A stretch of DNA of 20,000 nt, taken from IMG/VR virus record IMGVR_UViG_3300010430_000021; one strand, written 5' to 3'. The DNA comes from an uncultured virus (IMG/VR IMGVR_UViG_3300010430_000021) (Duplodnaviria > Heunggongvirae > Uroviricota > Caudoviricetes). Under the pieces are notes generated by a model. That model was not told where the DNA came from. It ran no database searches and worked only from the letters and a program-made list of their open reading frames with translations. Of this stretch, positions 16,037 through 20,000 are shown one piece after another (within the stretch, counting starts at the first letter, position 1; the number at the start of each line of letters is the position of its first letter). A program made the position numbers and the translations under genes.

Positions 16037-18826
16037 CTATTCCTTTCCTTGGTCTTGTTCTTGGGCTTGTTCTTGGTCTTGGTCTTTTTCTTGGTGCTTG
16101 AGAATTTTTCTTGTGATGTCGGTATCACGAGCCGCGAACTCTTCGATGCGGTCGGTGTCCCCGATGTCGTGCGTGGACGCATACAGCAAGATGAGCTCGA
16201 CTGGAATCACCCAGTACCTTGCCGACCCTCCCTTTGTCCACACCTTCACAGCGCTTGTCCTTGAAGACATCGCTTTTATGTGGCGAAGCAAATGAGAGTG
16301 CTCAATGTCGCCGCCTTGTTGGCCTGAGAATTCAGTGAAGCGCTCCTTCATCATCTTTGTGTTCAAGACGACGATGCCGTTGCCGATGTCGGCAGCGTAA
16401 AGGCCCTTTGCTGTCTTCCCTTGGATGCGTGCCGGTGCCTCGCAGAACTGGACAATCCATTCAAACACTCGGTTGCGCTCGTCCCCCTGGAAGATGAACT
16501 TGTTGGTCATGTCCTGCGAGCTTCCTTGCACAAGGAAGCGACCGCGGCCCGTTAAGTCTCGCTGTGTGGAAAGCCAAAGGACGTGACGGGCAAACCCGCC
16601 ATTCTTAATCCACTGCTCGGTGAGTACGTTGTCTTTGTTGTTCTCGGCAAAGAACTCACGCGCCCGATCGTCCCGAATCTTGACGTAGATGATTCGCTCC
16701 GACATTGCTCGAGCGTCGTTCTTGGAGAGCTTCTCTTCCTTGCCCGACAAGAGCACGTCGCCGTTGTTGGCTGCGATCACAAAGCGCAAGTAGCTACGCA
16801 AGCGAAGTAGTGGTCCCTTTTTGACGTTGACCAAGTGAGACCCTTGAGCCACAAGACGACGCAAGACCATCGAGGCGTTCTTGAGCTCTTGGCTTATGCC
16901 CTCGTCGATGAGAGACATCGGGGACTTCAAGAGCGCCTCGTTGAACCCTTGGGCGATATGCTCGTAGAGAGGCACGTCATCGGTCCACAACTGGCCGGCG
17001 CCGATGCCGAACAAACTCTTGCCGCAGCCCGGAGGGCCATTGAGGTAGAGAGCAGCACACGGCCTGTCCAAGTGCGTGAGCCCTGCCAACCAATCGCACA
17101 ACACGTCGTAGTGGTTGTCGCCGCCGAGCAGCTTGAGCCAGGTGTCGATGTCTTCGTTGTAGACCGGCTTCGTGTAGCGGTACGGCGCGGTGTTGATGAT
17201 TAGGTGTCTGTCCTCTGTGTCGAAACAGGTTTGATGCACACAGTAGGAGTAATAACTATTCTCAGCGGCGCGTGAGTAGAGTCGCTCGAGATACGCGGGC
17301 GGGTGTTCAACCGCGTTGCCTTCTTCGTTGATGTAGGAGTGTTTGAACGGGCACGAGGCATCGTCTTCTGGCCAGCAATCCCGGATGATCGACTTGAGGT
17401 ATCGAGCGTTCTTTGCGTACTTGAGGTAGTACCGACCATTGGGCCAATCCCAAATGTAGGTGTACTCGTCGTAGATAATCAGACCGCAACGAATGAGCTC
17501 ATCTTTGTCGCTCTCTCCAGGCTCGCCACTTACCTCTTCCTCTTCCTCCGTCTCGGGGTTGATGAGCGGGCTCCCTAAAGGGGATCGTGTCCTCTTCAAC
17601 GCACGCGCTAGGTCGCGGAGGCCCGCACGCTGGTTGTCTTGGTCCTTCGCCTTGATGCGAGTGAGCTTGTCGACGGTCTTCTCCATCTCGCGAACGAGAT
17701 CGGTCTCGTCGCCAGAGTCATCCACCCACTGCTCGAGTGATGGACGCATGAGATCGTCAACGATGAACTTCAGATCGGACTCTGAGAACTCTTCGATGTC
17801 CGCCGTTAGGAAACAGATGATGCCGCACACTTTCGTGAGCGCGAAGTCTCTGTTGCCTTTGTCCTCGATAGACTCCCCCGCGAGTAGTCGCTCGATGTAG
17901 TCGCTCTTCTGCCTCAGATCGACAGCGGCGAGCTTGTCTTCTGGTTCTTCAGACTGCTCTGCTTCTAGCGAGTCGTCGTAGTATTTCTCAGCGTAAGCCT
18001 TGAGCGATCGAGGAAGGTTCTCAACGCACTGTGCTTTGGGCACTGAGCTTGCGCTCGGCGTGAACGTTGCCGGCGCTTGCTGGTCCCTCGCAGGGGTTGT
18101 CACGCGGACGGGCGCGAGCTCATCCAGGTCATGCTTCTCGAAGTCGCCTTCGAGACCGAACATTGCTTCAACCTCTGCCGGCTGTGTAGGAATCTTCCAG
18201 TTGCTAAACCCAGGGAGTCGCCAGATTCGGTCTGGTGTCCACGTCGGGTCGCAATGCCAACCGTGCTCTTTCATGGAAAGCATGTAGGGCGCGTGCGCTG
18301 CTTTGCGTCGCTTGCCGTAGTCTTTGCCTTCCTTCTTCGATGAGAGCTCTACGTTGTTCTGGTAGATCCAATACAGGTGAACGCCGTAACCGGAGTGGAT
18401 TGCGATGCTAGGCGCTGGGCCTGCATCCACGACGGGGATGATGTCATCAATACCGTCTGGGAGTTTTTCTGATTCGTGAGCGCCGGGTGTTTTGAAGTCG
18501 ATGTCGAGAGCAAGGCACGTTGAGAGGGAGCAGTCCTCTACACCGCCTCGAGAGCTTCCAGGCATGGAGAGGAACTCTGGCTCTCGAAGCGCGGCACCGA
18601 AGTAGATGTCGGACTTGTTGTGGTTCGCCTCGACGTGAGGCGTCCAATCCATGTTCTCTACTTCCGAGAGGTGGTACTTGAAGACGCGGACCTTCGCCCG
18701 CTTGCGCTTCGTGTACTCGCCCGTCTCTTCATCAAACTCATGCTTGAGGATGTGGATGATGGTGAAAACCCCGTCATGACCAAATCCTCCGTATATGCGC
18801 CTTAGAAATTCTATCGTCTGTTCCAT
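16037..18826 (-). CDS. Primase-helicase: RepB-type AEP primase, PriCT-like region and SF3 (DUF5906/D5-like) helicase
   Basis: DIYFG, LALDIDF, PSIAIHSGYGVHLYW, DRIWRLPGFSNWK; GNRDFAL; LYLNGPPGCGKS, LIDEG, FVIAANN. Confidence 0.9.
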   Translation of the reverse strand: MEQTIEFLRRIYGGFGHDGVFTIIHILKHEFDEETGEYTKRKRAKVRVFKYHLSEVENMDWTPHVEANHNKSDIYFGAALREPEFLSMPGSSRGGVEDCSLSTCLALDIDFKTPGAHESEKLPDGIDDIIPVVDAGPAPSIAIHSGYGVHLYWIYQNNVELSSKKEGKDYGKRRKAAHAPYMLSMKEHGWHCDPTWTPDRIWRLPGFSNWKIPTQPAEVEAMFGLEGDFEKHDLDELAPVRVTTPARDQQAPATFTPSASSVPKAQCVENLPRSLKAYAEKYYDDSLEAEQSEEPEDKLAAVDLRQKSDYIERLLAGESIEDKGNRDFALTKVCGIICFLTADIEEFSESDLKFIVDDLMRPSLEQWVDDSGDETDLVREMEKTVDKLTRIKAKDQDNQRAGLRDLARALKRTRSPLGSPLINPETEEEEEVSGEPGESDKDELIRCGLIIYDEYTYIWDWPNGRYYLKYAKNARYLKSIIRDCWPEDDASCPFKHSYINEEGNAVEHPPAYLERLYSRAAENSYYSYCVHQTCFDTEDRHLIINTAPYRYTKPVYNEDIDTWLKLLGGDNHYDVLCDWLAGLTHLDRPCAALYLNGPPGCGKSLFGIGAGQLWTDDVPLYEHIAQGFNEALLKSPMSLIDEGISQELKNASMVLRRLVAQGSHLVNVKKGPLLRLRSYLRFVIAANNGDVLLSGKEEKLSKNDARAMSERIIYVKIRDDRAREFFAENNKDNVLTEQWIKNGGFARHVLWLSTQRDLTGRGRFLVQGSSQDMTNKFIFQGDERNRVFEWIVQFCEAPARIQGKTAKGLYAADIGNGIVVLNTKMMKERFTEFSGQQGGDIEHSHLLRHIKAMSSRTSAVKVWTKGGSARYWVIPVELILLYASTHDIGDTDRIEEFAARDTDITRKILKHQEKDQDQEQAQEQDQGKE

Positions 18827-18876
18827 GCTCTCCCTGACCTTGCTTGAAAATCGAAGCGTGCTGCCAAGCGGGCGTA

Positions 18877-18906
18877 GAGATAGCTCAGCCGGTGGGTCTA
18901 ATGCAA
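18877..18906 (-). promoter_or_regulatory. Putative promoter of the replication operon (TTGCAT-18-TATCTC)
   Basis: Same 18-bp spacing as the promoters at 4919 and 6593; 50 nt upstream of the primase ATG. Confidence 0.4.
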
Positions 18907-18946
18907 CCCTGCTCGCGAGTTTCTTTTGGACGCGATCTCCGAAACG

Positions 18947-18969
18947 ACAAAACCCCCTGGGCAGGGGGT
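18947..18969 (-). terminator. Terminator-like hairpin or palindromic operator
   Basis: Minus strand ACCCCCT-GCCC-AGGGGGT followed by TTTGT. Confidence 0.5.
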
Positions 18970-19119
18970 ATTGAAGAGCTTGGCGGCTGGTCTAGGAGTG
19001 GGCCGGGAAGGCCGTTTGGATTAGACGGGAAGTGTGTAGCACCGGGATGCTTCAGATTGCAACACCAGAAAGTCCGAAAACCCCAAATAGCTGAAAAACC
19101 GCACTATGGGGGCGGCGCG

Positions 19120-19615
19120 GACCAAAACCTTCCAAAATTCCAGCATTCTCATTACTAGAAAGAGAGAAGAGAGAAAATAAGAAAAAATAATAAGCAAGAA
19201 AGTGTGTATTAGTAATGATGGGTACAATACACACTAAATAAGGAATGCAAATAGAGATACATTTACCTTAGTTTATTATTATTATTAAAAAATGGAAGGA
19301 AAGGAAAGGAAGGCATAACATTTCAACTACTTAGGAAAGAAAAAACCTTCCAAAATTTTTCGAGAAAACGGAAGGGAGCTCGGATTTTGGAAGGCGCCTA
19401 GAGAAAACAATGACTTACAAAAACGGCCCTTCCAAAAGTCGCTAAGCTCATTCCAAAAATTCTGGACGCTGATAGGTATTCACTCCATGAACCATCATCA
19501 GCGAGATCAGAAAAAATGGAAGGAATACCCCCGGATTTTGGAAGGTGCCCTCGGGAAAAATGGAAGGTGGGGGTCGGGATTTTGGAAGGTGATACCGGAA
19601 AAAATGGAAGGCGCG
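19120..19615. other. Putative replication origin: AT-rich core with GGAAGG/CCTTCC iteron-like motifs in both orientations
   Basis: AT-rich stretch 19145-19340; GGAAGG at 19294, 19308, 19370, 19389, 19518, 19540, 19562, 19584, 19606; CCTTCCAAAA at 19128, 19346, 19428. Confidence 0.7.
19511..19611 (+). repeat. Five TGGAAGG motifs with an exact 22-bp period
   Basis: Alternating AAAAATGGAAGG and GGATTTTGGAAGG units. Confidence 0.9.
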
Positions 19616-19810
19616 ACATAACTACGCGATAACACTAGAAGCGCACCGCGAGGCGTTTTTCCTTAGCGATTTTCCTGCTCGAGCGATTTTCAGGATCCCG
19701 AAAACCGTCGCCACAAGAAAAAGCGCCCACCCTTTGCAACGGCGAAGAAGCTCAGGGTGGGCAAGGAGCCCCGACAAAGAAGCTCAGGCCCTTAGTGTAC
19801 CATGCCGCCC

Positions 19811-20000
19811 ATGGAGATTGAAGAGAGCGAGCTCGAAGAGTACAAGCTGTGGCTCCGAAAGTACGGCAGGAGCAAAGACACAGCCGAGCAGTACGCGGTC
19901 AACGTCCGAAGAGCCTACGCCGTGGGCGGCCCGCTCGAGCGACTTGTCGACACAGAGCTCTCTCCAAAGTACCTGCGACTCATAAAGGCATCCGTGAAGG
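19811..20000 (+). CDS. 5' end of a probable tyrosine recombinase (N-terminal core-binding/SAM-like domain), truncated by the window
   Basis: MEIEESELEEYKLWLRKYGRSKDTAEQYAVNVRR...LSPKYLRLIKASVK fits the F/Y..WL...G.S..T...Y pattern; alternative ATG at 19802; catalytic domain not visible. Confidence 0.6.
   Translation, partial: MEIEESELEEYKLWLRKYGRSKDTAEQYAVNVRRAYAVGGPLERLVDTELSPKYLRLIKASVK

Noticed and set aside
240..18805. Numerous plus-strand and alternative-frame ORFs in the track
   Set aside because: They shadow well-supported, coupled minus-strand genes in GC-rich DNA and show no motifs
1..18826. Apparent excess of GAGCTC and CTCGAG palindromes
   Set aside because: Explained by frequent Glu-Leu and Leu-Glu codon pairs (GAG, CTC); not counted formally
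19511..19611. Possible CRISPR mini-array associated with the Cas4-like nuclease
   Set aside because: Period is only 22 bp with a 7-bp invariant core and no spacer-length unique segments; no cas genes are present, and solo Cas4-like nucleases are common in phage replication modules
18844..19619. ORFs in the intergenic region (18844-19158, 19021-19227, 19052-19234, 19398-19619)
   Set aside because: Their composition simply reflects AT tracts and repeats; no coding-like features
19734..19985. 83-aa plus-strand ORF in the track
   Set aside because: Ser/Thr-rich off-frame shadow of the recombinase-like frame starting at 19802/19811

Overview
Segment of an uncharacterised bacteriophage or plasmid-like prophage. 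A tightly packed, translationally coupled minus-strand block of about 30 ORFs carries a replication and nucleotide module: RepB-type primase fused to an SF3 helicase, Cas4/AddB-like PD-(D/E)XK nuclease, SF2 helicase, putative SSB, thymidylate kinase, family A DNA polymerase, RuvC-like resolvase, Dam-like methyltransferase, ThyA and oligoribonuclease, plus many small Cys/His-rich ORFs. An AT-rich intergenic region of about 1 kb (18827-19800) holds an exact 22-bp-phased TGGAAGG array and is the probable origin. It is followed by the 5' end of a divergent tyrosine-recombinase-like gene. The most unusual pattern is a set of proteins carrying isolated signature motifs of core phage enzymes: a 56-aa copy of the nuclease N-terminus, a Mu-terminase-like Walker A peptide and a PolA motif-2 peptide. 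These could be decoys or regulators. All family calls come from motif recognition by eye; no database searches were run.
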